Shown one piece after another: positions 11,739 through 25,257 of a stretch of DNA of 64,000 nucleotides. The notes beneath the pieces were generated by a model that saw only the letters and a list, made by a program, of their open reading frames with translations, ran no database searches and had not been told where the DNA came from. Position 1 is the stretch's first letter; each line of letters starts with the position of its first letter. Source of the DNA: Carcharhinus amblyrhynchos (lineage: Eukaryota); the NCBI GenBank assembly GCA_965287045.1, contig OZ336890.1, positions 27,528,001-27,592,000 of the forward strand. The letters run 5' to 3'. A program made the position numbers and the translations under genes.

Positions 11739-14700
11739 ACTACTTCTAACAACTGTTCTCTAGAATATCCCTTCAGCAGCTCTTGGTTCATTTCTGCATC
11801 TGAATGATTTCTCTGGCACAAAAACGCTCTTGCATCTAATAATGGTGTACCTTAATTTTCAGTCAAATGTAAATGTTTATAGTTCCCTTTGAGCTGCCAG
11901 TGAGATCAGCATCCATATAAACCCACAGCAGCCAAAATAAGAATGCTTGTTTCTATGATTCCAGTGTTAGATTTAGTATTTCTCCCTGGGGCAGACAGTG
12001 AACAGAAGTGAAACCAGTCATTGTCATGTCTCACCCCTGGCCAGCAGGTTGAAGTAGTGAGGATCCAATGAAAACTGTACGTCAGTTTACTTTATCCTCC
12101 CCACATTCCTGAATAAAAACTGAGAAGAATTGGTTACCTGAAGACAGATTGAATAACAAGAATAGATCGAAGGGCATAACTGATTTCTAGTCATCAGTTT
12201 GAGCTGCTATTGTACAAATTTTACCACAATTTCAAAACTTGTTTCTCCACCAAAATATATATAAATGTACTTTGGGGAGGGCAGTATAATGCAAAATCTA
12301 AAATTGAAGAGCATTTGTCTCAACCTTGGAATGCTTTTCATTTTGATTTTGGAACTGTGCCAAAAGTCTTGCTTCAATCACCTGGAACTCATACCCAATT
12401 GCTCTACTGCCATTCACCTCAGCGTACTCTTGAAGTTTCCTGCTGCACAGTATCTTTTGCAAGTGCATATGTTAACAGTTAACAGTTCCAAAGGCAGAAG
12501 CATCTATGTGGGGGGCGGGGGTGCCAAGACTGCATTTCCCATAATATTCCTGTCTTTGCAACTAAGATTTATCGTAGCTTTTTCAGTATTACATGAACAC
12601 TGAATTACGTACACAGACTCCAAGCCTAGCGAATGATCGCATCACAGCAGTCCAATATGATCATCTTACACATACTTTATTATTATATCTCATTAGCTAC
12701 CAAATATTGTTTTCCAGCTTCATTAATGGTAGGCCCATTAGGATTACTTTACTTCAGAATTTGCTTTACTAGAATGGGAATATGATTTAGAAATGGTTAT
12801 TTATGTATGGAAGTTTGAGTGGAGATGCCTTTGCCAATTTAAAGGAAATTGCATACAACTGGATTCTCAAGAGCAAAGAATTATTTGAATTTGAACTTCC
12901 ATATTGATGTGCGTTTCTCCCTTGGGTGTGAGGCAAAGAAAACCAAGGTCTTATTTTTCCAATCATATTGCCAACCATAACCCATTAAAATGAATGGACT
13001 GCTCTCAGCTTTTTGATTGGAAAACTTAGGCTAATAGTTAGAACATTTAATTTCTACTTTAGTAAAATCTGGATAAACAGTTCGTGCATCATCTCAAGGG
13101 GCTATCTTGTTTCCTAACCTACCGATTTCCTGTCCTGATGGCACTGACTCCTTGCTAGGGTATGGTTCTACAGGCACCCGTCACTCGCCACTACTTTACT
13201 CAAGTGACTATTCCTCATTCAATGATTGTTCACAGACTATTGGACTGCAAGGGCACGTCCAACTGGGAATGAAACCTGCTCGGCACGGTCCAGCTACTCA
13301 CTGGATAAACTTGCAATACTGTCAAGGGATCCGAAGGGGCCAATTTTCGAACACAGCTCCACGCTGCACCTCCCAAGTGTAAGTTCTGGTCATAAATTAC
13401 GTTGCGTAAACTGCAACATCAGCGTGGTTCAGTGGCATCAGTTGGTTCCAGCTCGATTTACTATGCCAAAGCGTTTGTATGTTTGGTGATATCAGGATGT
13501 TACACACCAATCAAATATCTGTCACATTAACATTTATATTTGCTTTCATTTTAATAGTGCCAGAAGGTAAGTGTAGCAAGAGCAAATATAAAAAGCATGT
13601 CTCTTTTTCCTCATTACTTCTGTTAACTATCTGATGACTAAAAGACTTCAACACTTCAACATTTTAAAGCACATAGAGTAGACTTGCAACATTTTTTGAG
13701 GGGGCAATTAGATTTCTTCATTCAGTGCACCCTTGCCATGTGCAGTTTTTTTGACATGTAGAAATGCAACTGCTGACGTGAGGACGTTCAAGTTGGAGTA
13801 ACAACAATAACAGTCACCTGGGTTTGAAGATGTTAGCCCTTTGAACTGGCTTTCCCACAGATAACCCATCAACCAACTGGCTTTTGAGCCTTTCTCTTCC
13901 ATTTGATTTGAATTTGTGATGTGACGAGGGATTCAAAATGAGTTTGACCATCTTGTAATTGAATGTTCTCACACATGTCTTTGCAAACCAATCTGGGGAT
14001 GAAATTAAACAGTGCAATTTCTGTACAAATGCTTAACATGTTGGACACAGAATTGCTTTGTCCACAGTTGTGAGGGAGGTGTTCTACCGTGGGTGATGCC
14101 TTCACCGAAAAGCAGAGGAAGGGATTTCTAAAACAAGTGCATCTGTGCACGAACGTTGCAGTATTGTGCGATTTCATCCCAAAAGAATTTCAATAGTTAA
14201 TGGAGACTAAAGGCATCTAGAGGATACGAATTCCTGAAATGTTTGCTTTAATAACTGCTACAAATCTGTACTTTACAGGAACATACGGTTCAATCTTATA
14301 CAGTTGCTTTAAAAACCTCCAAAAGAATGTTGGCAGGAATGATTGTCGGATGCCATCTCGGACTGTTTCTTTGTATGATGGCCATTTATAACCATTGTGC
14401 AATCAAACTGGCCCTGATCACAGACAGCTACTGGCATGCATTAATAATCAGTTAATGGACACCATCTGCTCCATCATTATTGTTGGTTGCAAAATGATAA
14501 AACCAATTGGTCATTCTCCTCGAGTGTGTTAGATTGTTTGTTAACTGTTGTATCCATTGCAAACCCCACTATAAACAGTAAAAAATGTTGTTGTTACTAC
14601 AGTAGTTATAAAATATTTTTAAAAATTTGAACGCATTAAAAAGCACCAGCACCTTACGTTTCTTCTTTTTGATGTATCCATAGGGATTGTACTGTTTAAA

Positions 14701-14859
14701 GAGGGTGTAGTCAGAGAGTTACCCTCTTAAAAAGGTATTTCCTCTTGCTTCCACATGAAAATATTGTAATGACAACCGATTCTTAATGGTGTTAGACAGT
14801 AACCAAAACATTGCAGCAATGATGATCAGGATGGATGTGCTTGTATCAATATACAAAAA

Positions 14860-15665
14860 TCAGCCATTCAACCTCTCGAGGCTGCGTTGCCATTTGATAA
14901 GAACATGGCTAGATTAGATGGGACTAGGACTAGACAGGATAATGCAGGGAGGATATTCCCGATGGTGGGGGAGTCCAGAACCAGGGGTCACAATCTGAGG
15001 ATTAGGGATAGACCATTAAGGACGGAGGTGAGGAGACGTTTCTTCACCCAAAGAGTGGTGAGCCTGTGGAATTCATTAACACAGGAAGTAGTTGATGCCA
15101 AAACATTGAATGTCTTCAAGATGCGGCTGGATATAGCACTTGGGGTGATTGGGATCAAAGGTTGTGGGGAGAAAGCAGAATTAAGTATTCAGTTGGATGA
15201 TCAGCCATGATCGGAATGAATGATGAAGCAGGCTCAAAGGGCCAAATGGCCTCCTCCTGCTCCTATCTTCTATGTTTCTGTGTTTCTATGGCTGATCTAT
15301 CTGTGTTTCGAATTCCACGATTCCATCTACCCCCCGATAACCTTTGATTCTCTTTCCGACCAAGGATCCTCCTACCTCCACTTAAAAATATTCAATGATC
15401 CTGCCTCCAACCCTTTTGAGTTCCAAAGTTGCACAACCGTCTGAGAGAAAAAAAATCCTCTCATCCCTGTCTTAAAAGGGAGCCCCCTAATTTTAAAACA
15501 ATGCCGCCCTTGTTATGGATTCACCCACAAGAGGAAACATCCTTTGCATGTCCACCTTGTCAAGATCACTCAAGATCTTATATACTTCAATCAGATAAAC
15601 TCTCACTCTTCTAAACTGCAGTGGAAACAAGCCCACTCTGTCCAATCTTTCCTCATAAGACAACT
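14860..15665 (-). mobile_element. CR1 3' fragment interrupted by an opposite-strand CR1 3' fragment
   Basis: CAGCCATTCAACCTCTCGAGGCTGCGTTGCCATTTGATAAGAACATGGCT resumes after 15290 as ATGGCTGATCT..; ATGGCT occurs at both junctions. Confidence 0.7.
14911..15289 (+). mobile_element. CR1 LINE 3' end with (TATGTTTC)-like tail
   Basis: ORF remnant RIFPMVGESRTRGHNLRIR.RP.RTEVRR.FFTQRVVSLWNSL.QEVVDAKTLNVFK.RLD. Confidence 0.9.
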
Positions 15666-17979
15666 AAATTTCTGCTACTCAAACTGCTATGCATTTCTTC
15701 TGGGACTTTCTGGTCCCAGCTATCATGAAATGCTTGTCTTGGGGAACTCTTTTGGAGCAGATTTAGGGGAAGACAGGACATGCTCCCTTTTTATGACATT
15801 CACTGGTAAGTTTAAAGGTCAAGTCTTTGAATGTTAGCAAATGAATGAATGAATGGGGAGGTGTACGAGTGGGGGTTTGGACCGTGATGGTCATCAGATT
15901 GGGGAGGAGGGGGGCGATAGTCATGTCTGGTCAGGAGGGTGGTCAGTTGCGTTGGAGGATAGCTGGGATGTCAGAGGAGGAGGCTGGTGACCAGGAGTGC
16001 TCGGGGGAGAGGGGTAGGTGGCAATTGGGGAATAGGTTATGTAGTTACCCAGATGTCAGAACAGTTTTTAATTTGTGCAATGTTTCCTGAGTAACTATCA
16101 CGGACCCACCCAAAATCTCTGACTCGGCCAACTCAGAGCTAGAGATGATACTGGAGAGTGGGGAATTCACATTTTCTGTGCAATTCCCACATAGGTATGC
16201 ACATCAGGACATCCACAAGGTGCAGATGTGCATCTTCAGTCGTACATCCAGTCTCCGATCATCTAAACCATTCAAAATTTCTAAACCAGAATTTTTAAAA
16301 ATGTATTCGAGGGTTGTGAGGATTGTGGGTAAGACCAACATTTATTGGCTGTCCCTAATTGCCCTTGACAAGGTGGCATTGTGTTTCACGTGGCAATTTG
16401 AATCCATAATAACAAGATCAAATTCTGTGTTCACTCCAACTGTGCTCGAGTACTAAAGCTGATTTGCAAACCACAAGGCTGATATGGCGAATGTTCAAGT
16501 ATTTGAGAAAATTGAGCACGTTTTAGCCCACTTTGGTTTTTCAGTGATACATCTCCATGAAGTAGTGGTTGGTCACACACACAGCAATCATTTACTGATT
16601 CTAGATCCGATGTCTGCTGAGCTACGTCAAAAATTGCACTTTGAAAATATCACATGGTGCATAACAATCTTCAACTGTGGTAAGTAAAAGGATACAAGGC
16701 CCCATAAACTATTACAGAATCAAACAACATTTCAAAGAGGATATTTTGGGGGAATGAGTTCCTCTGTTCACTAATTGTAGAAAAATTGGAGGCTGTTTCT
16801 TTGTAAACAGGCTTATCAGTTGTTACAAATAGCGCATGAAGGAATTCTTCCCATGTCTATCAACACAAAGCAAATATCAGAGAGCAGTTCAGCACGGCCT
16901 GTCTTTAACTGCTTTTCCGAGAAGCACCAACTATAATTTCCAACCACATAGACATTTTTTTGTTTGTGATAACTAATCTTAGGAAATGTCCCCATGGAAA
17001 TAATGAGATAAAGTACAAGTTATATTTGAGATACACAAGTATTGGGAAATGTTTTCTTTGATTGCATTGAGAATGCACATTGCAAACTTTGCAACACTGA
17101 TGGATCAAAACAAAATTGATCAACTTTTTTCGGTGCTGTTGCTGTACAGGGTCAATCTAGATGCAATCTGAATCAAAATATGCTTAAAGTGATTTTTTTG
17201 TAGTATACATCACAAGCTTTTTCTCCTTCAGATAATTGTAGAGAAAGTAATGGAAAGATTCCCAGCCGATTGAACATGTCACAAACATTTCCTCTATGGC
17301 CAACAGATCCTGGTACAGGACTTGAACCATAAGATACTACTGCACCACAAGATCTGTGCTTAACATTAGTGATTGCTTTATTTTCATAGATTTTACCCGT
17401 TACCGTTTCTGCAATATTAATTTGATCTTATTTTCATCTAAAGCAAAATCATTGTTTCCGGGAATTTAATGTTATTGCATTATTAAATGAATAGAATCAA
17501 CTAAAGTTGAATGATTACAAATGTATTGTTTTGAGGTAACTGCTGCTGGAAGAACTAATTTCTGCCAGTATTATACATGAATGGGATTGAGATTTCACCA
17601 TGCACTTTCTCACCAAGTTCAACATAAATGCTGCATTCATCTGAAGAGGGAACTGCAGCTGGTCAGTCGCTGCACTCTTTAAACAGACAGAAATACTGTA
17701 ACATGAGATAAATGCTCTCTCCAAATTAGGGACTTTCAGCACTTTAAAACAACTTTCACTCCTTTCGCATGTTAAGCATTCAGAGAAAAAAATGTTGGAA
17801 GTTATGAGCTCCCTCGGTGTCTCAGTGAATTGAATTCGTGAACAGCTGAACCAGACAGGCCAGTGTCAGGTTTGATCTATGCTCACTGATGCTTCTCCTG
17901 CTAATTTCAGGTGGAGCTTTGGTCAATGTGCTGCAATTAGCCTCAATGCCAGTGTGGGGGAAATTGGCCAGAGTTCTCT

Positions 17980-18235
17980 AAGTCATGGAGACAGTGCAGC
18001 ACAGAAAGGGACCATTTGGCCCATCAGATCCAAGCAGGCTCTCCGTAGAGCAATCCAATTTGTCCCATTCCCCCTCCCTAGTCCTGTAGCACCCCAGGTT
18101 TATTTCCCTCAAGTGCCCATTCAGTTTCCTTCTGAAACAATTTATTGTCTCCACTTTCACCACCGTTGGGGTCAGTGAGTTCCACAGTATTATTATGCTT
18201 CCTCACATCCCCTCTGTATCTCTTGCACAAGATCT
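17980..18235 (-). mobile_element. CR1 LINE 3' fragment
   Basis: VET.N.FRRKL.GHL remnant and GGGCCAAATGGTCC 3' stem-loop on the minus strand. Confidence 0.7.
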
Positions 18236-18512
18236 GAAGACTATCTTGCAAACCCCCACTGGAAGTACACACCTGAGAAGGTTCAGCAAGGAAAGAATAA
18301 GATTTGGTGTCAATGCTTCCTATGTTATAGCCTATATTCACGATTGAAGCTGAAACATAAATATTGGTCACTTAAACAAGGTAATGGAGAATGACCAGTG
18401 CCATCTCAGGAAAGGGAGGAAGCAGATTGATAGCTTTTCTTTTAAGATATTTGTTACTCTTGTCAATTTTTTCCCCATCTTTCTTTCCTGTAGGCATCTG
18501 ATTCCACAATTA

Positions 18513-18663
18513 TCATAGAATCATAATGGTGCAAAAGGAGGCCATTTGGCCCATCTAGTCTGCACCGACAACAATTCCCCCTTAACTCCACATATTGACA
18601 AGTGCCCCTGACACTAAGGGGTAATTTAGCTTGGCCAATCAACCTAACCTCAACATCTTTGGC
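18513..18663 (-). mobile_element. HE1-like SINE 3' fragment, tail type A
   Basis: CATAGAATC..GGAGGCCATTTGGCCCATC..CACTAAGGGGTAATTTAGC..GGCCAATCAACCTAACC. Confidence 0.8.
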
Positions 18664-18993
18664 GATGTGTTTTTAAAGATGCTACATATCCTCTGTTACC
18701 TCATCTGACTGGAAAACATTCATGTGTCAGCCTTGATCGTGAGTACCGCCATAACCATGTCCAACCCTCTCTCACCCAAACCTACAGCCATGCACTGCCA
18801 GCAGGATTTCAGGTATTGATTAATACCTAAGGCAGGGACTCTATAAGGCCAGTGATTGTCATTCCTATCATTCTCCTAGCTGGGATTTAAACACCAAAGA
18901 CTGAGCATAAAAGATTTAACCTGTCTGATTTCTCACTGGACAACTTTAATGGGTTTGGGAGATTTATTTAATATTATACATTTACTGATACTG

Positions 18994-19115
18994 TGGATGG
19001 GATTTTCCAGCCTTGCTCACCCCGACACTGGAAAATCCCGCCCGAGGTCAATGGATCTTTTCATGGTCTGTCCCTTATCCGCTCCGATTCCCATTGAATG
19101 GTGAAATTCACCCCC
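18994..19115. mobile_element. Short TIR element, same family as 6976-7101
   Basis: Reverse complement shares ACCATG.AAAGATCCATTGACCTCGGGC.GGATT.TCCAG..GGCTGGAAAATCCCA with the 6976 copy. Confidence 0.7.
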
Positions 19116-19181
19116 AGATTTTCACGAAGTATCCTTACAATGACTGTTTGAAAACTGACAGTTCTTGTGCAGTATTTTAAT

Positions 19182-19498
19182 GGGCGGTATAATGGCACAC
19201 TGGTTAGCATTGCTGCCTCACACCATCAGGGACCTGAGTTTGATTCCTAGCTTGGGTCACTGACTGTGCAGAGTCTATACATTCTCTTTGTGTCTGCGTG
19301 AGTTTCCTCTGCGTGCTCTGGTTTCCTCCCAAAAGATGTGTTAGTTAGGTGCATTGGCCACACTGAATTATCCCTCAGTGTACCCGAACATGCGCTGGAG
19401 TGTGGCAATTAGGGTTTTTTTTTACAGTAGCTTTCATTGCAGTGTTAATATAAGCCTACTTGTGACACTAATAAATAAATGTGAAACTTTAAACTTAA
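19182..19498 (+). mobile_element. HE1/V-SINE-like element, full length, tail type B
   Basis: Head, core and tail ..GCCTACTTGTGACACTAATAAATAAA. Confidence 0.9.
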
Positions 19499-21983
19499 AT
19501 ATGCCTTTATATGGTGACTATCATGATGCAAAATTTGCCACTTACTCCAGAGCTGAATCCTACCCCAAATTCCATCTACAAGTCATCTGAGACTCCCCTT
19601 AATGCAGGCAGTCTGATAGCACTTGGATTTAACATCACAGGGAGTCTCATGTGGTATTAAATCAGGTACTCATGGGCCCGTCAGATTCCTCTCTTCTTTT
19701 TCGATTTAACCCACTATTTTAAATGGCCAAACATATACCTGAAGCATAAAAGCGCCATAATTATCTTTAAGTTGTGCTTTTCAGAAACTGTGTCCTGCTG
19801 AACAAGTTTTTATTTTCAAATGACATAATCAGTCTTGTCTGTGTCAGTTTTCAGAAAGAGAAACTGACTCATTAGTTGCTTGTTGACATAATCATAATCA
19901 TAATTTCAAAAATCTGTTTTAATTTTTTTAGTAACCATCCATCAATAATCCTGCATCTGCTGATTAAATTTCACGCTGGAACCAACAGTATAAATTTTTT
20001 CTGTCATGCATGGCAACTGTGACTGATAAGAGTGGATGATTTTGTTCTGTTGGCTGCTTATCTGTCAGCATAGCACTAACACTCTAAATGATCCCAAAGT
20101 GTTATCAGAGAAAGCTTAAATGCGAGATGTCAAATATGCAAGAAATGAGTTATGTGATAAAGGGGAAACACATTCAGATTTTGTTTTTCTCCAAGGATTT
20201 ATTGACTAATGATTCCTACAAACATTAATGGTCACATACTTATAAGTGGAAGTAGGGCGCATTTCATAGAACTTCTGTATGCTCTTAGCATCTTTCTGTA
20301 ACGTTTCCCACCCTATCGATCTCTAAATGCTTGCCTGGGGCCATAATGTTCAGGCCAATAGTGTGATCGAATCCAAATTCTTTGGCTGCAGCATGCTGTG
20401 GTGGGAGAAGGCATGCAGAATTGGGATGGCATGGATAGTGTAATCAGTTTTTCCATGTAGGAGAACACACCACTCAACAGCTTAACTGGGAACAGCCTAA
20501 AGAGATGTGAAGCAATTCAGAACATTCCGATTAACTTGCTAACTCATTTCCCACCACCTCCAACGCACCAACCCATGGTGTATTCTCAGAAGAAGTGCAT
20601 CTGAAGTATGCTGCATTGCTATACCAAAGTTGGTTAGAAACATCTGCATGACATTCAGATAAAGGATATTGACAACAGGTTGAAGTTTAGGTTACCATAC
20701 ATGCAGCCGAGAAATAATCTGGCAACAAGTTAACATAAGGAATGGTGCAATAAGGAGTAGCTGACAAGAGTGCAAATGCTTTTGAGATAACAGGCAGGCG
20801 AGAGAAAATAATTAGAAAAACATGTAGCCTTTTCAAAAAAAGGCTTAAATAGAAATATACATCTGAGGACATCAAAGTGACATTGATATATCTTTAAAAC
20901 TATATAATTAAGAGATGTACACTTAATAGGCTGTAGGCTTAAAAGGATAACAAACTGAATTATGCATAGACAGAAAGGCAGTATCAATTACCGATCAATT
21001 ATCAATTACAAGACATGGATTTCAGCTAAACAGCAGTTGGTATATTATCATTGACCTTGGCATTCTTGCTGAGGTTGCCACTCAAGGCCTGTGGTTTATA
21101 TTACAAAAGGGTACATACATGGACATCAGGTGAGAGAACAGGATTAATCTTAATTACGATCAGGCAAGGTCGATAACATATTTCAAACTGGACTGTGGGA
21201 GCAAATGCAAGTTGATACTCGTCAAAGATAAATTTAAGATGCACACTAGGAAAATCTTTTTTATATATATATTACAAACAGCAAAGGTCCCAGCGCTGAT
21301 CCCAGAGGAACACCACTTGAGAAAGCGATCTACAAATGGCACAGACATCCAGGACAAGTAATGGAGGTGAAAACGCTGGAATAATCTAGGGAACGATTTA
21401 ATGTTGATCTTTATATAATGGATTATACTCCTCTGTTATTATCTTGTGAATGGTAATGTGTTTAACCCGGATGGTGAAATAATAATTCCTTGAACTGGGA
21501 ATTCTTTGAAAAACTTGGAAATTTAAGCAGATCATTAGACAGAGGAACTAATTCACAAACTCTTAAATGAGCATCGACAGTAACTTACTTCTTATGTAAC
21601 ACCTAGGACTTTGAATGGAAGAACCAGTGGTCTGCATTCCAATCCTGGCTTTGAAGCATTTATTAATATTTACTCTATTCCACCAAATTGTTCTTATTGC
21701 TTACTATGTTCCCTGCTTTTCTTGACTATTTTTATGAACATGTCAGTGCATTGGTCAGAGAATACTTAAAGCTTTTAGCTGCAGGAATAAATGTATGTTC
21801 AATGGATCTGACATATACATAACAGAAACAATTAATTTTATTCCTTTTCAGTAACTCAATTCCCAAATTAGATGACGTATCGAAAAGACAATAGACAAAT
21901 CTGCTGCTGGGTTCCTCGGAAATTATCACAGAAAGAGAATTACGATCCCACGTAAATATAATTGTTACAAATATTCTACTCAC

Positions 21984-22058
21984 CATAATCTTTCTTGCAA
22001 TATTTTTTCATATTTATTTTCAGTTTTCCCTTGGAAGCCTTGCAGTATGAGTCACAGT
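21984..22058 (-). CDS. NTN1: Netrin-1 internal coding exon (75 bp), start of NTR/C345C domain
   Basis: Translates (D)[24 protein letters not shown]; acceptor caacAG, donor GTGAGT; phase 1-1. Confidence 0.97.
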
Positions 22059-23430
22059 CTGTTGTGGGATGGAGAAGTAAAAACACACACATTAGGCTAC
22101 AAAAAGACATGGTAAAAACAGCATTGCTCAGAATAGCTGAGTCCTTACGGAATCCATCTGCTGCTGCCAATTGTGTTGTCTAATAGGTCTTATAGAGCAT
22201 TCATAACGCCTTAATTTCTATAGAAAAAGTCACACAAAGAGCTCTGTCTGGTAAATACTTTGCTGTCTGCAGGCAGTCTTTGCCTTATTTGAGATCTGTA
22301 GGCCTCCCCTATTTACACCACCCAGGTCTCCTTTAAGCCACAGATTCCCCTCCTGTCAAAGTGGCACTGGCCCCTGATTAAGGCCCATAGATACCTCATT
22401 GTCACCTCAACTCGGGCTTGTGTCAAACTTTGCTTTCTTTCCATGGAGCTTCTGACTACAGGTCATTCTCAAACAACAGAAGGTCAGGCAGGAAATGAGG
22501 AACCCATTGGGCATTAGCAATGCTTTTGGTGTCCTCTCAAGATAGGTGAACAAATAAATGTTCCACAAAGCACTTTTCATTTATATTGAGCCTGTTGCCT
22601 CTGCCTACTTTGTTGCTGCCTGCCTTTCCTCTACTTGGCTGGAGTGATAAGACACATTTGATATATTAGTTAACATACACATAAGTGAGTACATCCAAAT
22701 AAAACCTTTTGTTAGGACTGGATCCAGAGACTTCAGAGACTGTTAAAGTCATATTGCCTCCAGTGAGGCCCCCTCCACCTATATACATTTAAGTGGCTAG
22801 CAAAATAAAAATATAATGTGCCTCTGTTCTCACTCCTATGTCTCAAGAGGAATCATCCACGCATTTACTCAAAACAGCCCTTGCTCTGTCACTCTCACAT
22901 GTAGAATGGGTTATCTATACACCTCTGGCAAAAGTAGGCAGGAGTATAGTGCCACTCTGAGGCAATTTTCCACTCTCAAATCCTCATTGACATATAATTA
23001 CTCACATAAAAATCCCCCTCTAGAATAGCCGTTTCCTGCACTGGAACTTACGCACTGATCACTGTATTTAACTATTCTGGCAGGTGAGCGGGACACATCT
23101 CATCGAAGCCCAATCCTGTCATCTATGCACATGCACCTCTAGCCAGGAATGGGTATGAAATGATTGCTGATCTTCCTCAGTCCAATGGTGACAAAGTTGA
23201 TTCTAAAAACCCTCAGCTGAGATCAGGTAACTTGGCACCTATCGAGAATTAATTCTAGGATCTTCTGGTCATGCTGACTCTGATTTGCACTGACTTTACC
23301 AATTGGGTCTTCACTCAGCCTTGTTGTCCTTCTTTAACTTGCTACTGTCTCTTCATTCCATATGACTTTCTTATACAATGTCTTGATCTGTCTTGTGGTG
23401 CTCTACTTTCAAGATAGTTTCTGTGGCATA

Positions 23431-23432
<2 letters not shown>

Positions 23433-23460
<28 letters not shown>
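23433..23460. repeat. (AC)14 microsatellite
   Basis: Perfect dinucleotide run. Confidence 0.95.
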
Positions 23461-23463
<3 letters not shown>

Positions 23464-23983
23464 CACAAATACATCCACATTGTTGGCTTTCAGTTGGTTA
23501 AATTGACCTAAATGTAGCTGTTGAGGCATCAGTCACTTTGTTGAAAATCAGCCAACCAGCAATTTGCCTGAGCTAGCTTAAAAGTCAGGAAATGAAATTT
23601 AAACAACTTAGGAAAGAAACCTGATGGCTGTGTTTTCATCAGTACGCATGAGATAATATTCCTTTTGGAAAAGATTGGTTTGGCCATAACGACATTGCAA
23701 CAATGCTAAATTTTTATTAAAGAAATAGATGATGCACCAGAAACTTAAAATTAACTTCAGCATTTCACAAACAAAATTACACGCAAGAAACAAAAAGACT
23801 CATTTCTTTTCCAACTTAAAAAATTCATTAGAAAACCAAATATATTTCACTCATAGCATCAACCAATGCATTGTTATAACCTTTCTTTTTGGAGCTTTTA
23901 AGGGCTAGAATATGAACAAACTTCATTGTTTTTCTCTTAGCTCAGCCAGGGCTTTATTTTCTTTTATGTTTTGAGTGAAAGCG

Positions 23984-23997
23984 GTTGCCTAGGCAAC
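23984..23997. promoter_or_regulatory. Perfect palindromic X-box (candidate RFX site)
   Basis: GTTGCCTAGGCAAC matches the RFX consensus GTTRCC(N1-2)RGYAAC, in non-repeat intronic sequence. Confidence 0.5.
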
Positions 23998-25257
23998 AGG
24001 GGAAAAAAAGAAAAAAGCAGAAACATTGCAAGTAATACAGAATTAGCCCCGAACAAAGCTAAATTCCGATCCAAATGGAAGTGAAGCCTATGCTAACTCT
24101 GTTTACAATTAAGTTTTTTTAAAAAAGCACCAAGATTTCCCTGGTTCCTTACTTGCTGCTCATTCGAAAAATTACATTTAACAGATGCAGATGGGGCAGT
24201 GTGGCCTGGAACTCGGGCATAAACCTCTATCTGTGGACAACCGAGTGCAAATGAGTGCACAGTAGCAGGGTTTTCTTCTTGTTCAACAAGATTGATTGAA
24301 AAACAAATTGCTGCAAATAAAGCATGTAATTAGATTAAAGCCCTCGCCCAAGTTACCAGGACTGAAACCAAATGGTTGGCATTTGAGGAGGCAAGGTCCA
24401 ATTTGCATTTTTTTGTCCCCTGCTCTTTGCAGACAGTATGAAGCGACTTCTGGAACATTCTGTGCAAGCCGAAGGCATAAAGAAATATATTTTCTGAAGT
24501 ACATCCTCGAGGAGTCTGATTAAATATCAAAGGGCTAACTTTAAAATGAAGGCACTGGCCATGTTGATTAAATATTAGGCGTTCAGTTATGAAGCAAAAG
24601 CATAAACACTGGCCCCTTTTTTTTGCCTCCTTGCGAATAATAGTACAGCTGTAAAGAATAGAGGGTCGCATGCCATCATTCATGACAGATAACAATGTCT
24701 GTTTTGTCCCGGACAAATGACTTCAAATTTTATATTTAACTGGATTATTTAACTGCCCTCATAACTCTGTGTGCTGTTCCCTGGAGGGGGTGGTGAAGAC
24801 ATCGAGGACATTTATCAGACCCAGCTCCTCACACCTGTTACACAGCTGTTCTGCATTCCTTTCCAGGTTGTTTGTATCACTGGATGTTTTAGAGAGATTT
24901 GTTTTTGGAGGCACCTGATGCACAAAGGCTGTAGCTTGTCAACCAAGTAAATTTCAACAAATCCTTTTCTTACAACTGAATATAGATTGTAGTTTGTGGG
25001 CATTTTGCGCCACCCCTAAGGCCAGCGATTTGGTAACACCGCCATCACTAAGATGTTAGCATTTTTCACCTCACAGTCTTCGAAAATTTACAGTTCCAGG
25101 ACAGCAAATTGGGTAAGTATAGACATTCACAGCATTTGCCATGGGACCCTGTACTGAGTTAAAACACTTGCATTAACCATCAGAACTAAATTTTTTACAT
25201 AAAAAGGTGTCCCTAGATGAGAAATACAATGTATTAAGCAGAAAATATTAGTAATGC

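Noticed and set aside
1-21983. Search for the terminal NTN1 exon (..WWKFTVNI..)
   Set aside because: No matching peptide in the ORF track or by eye; it probably lies beyond the left edge
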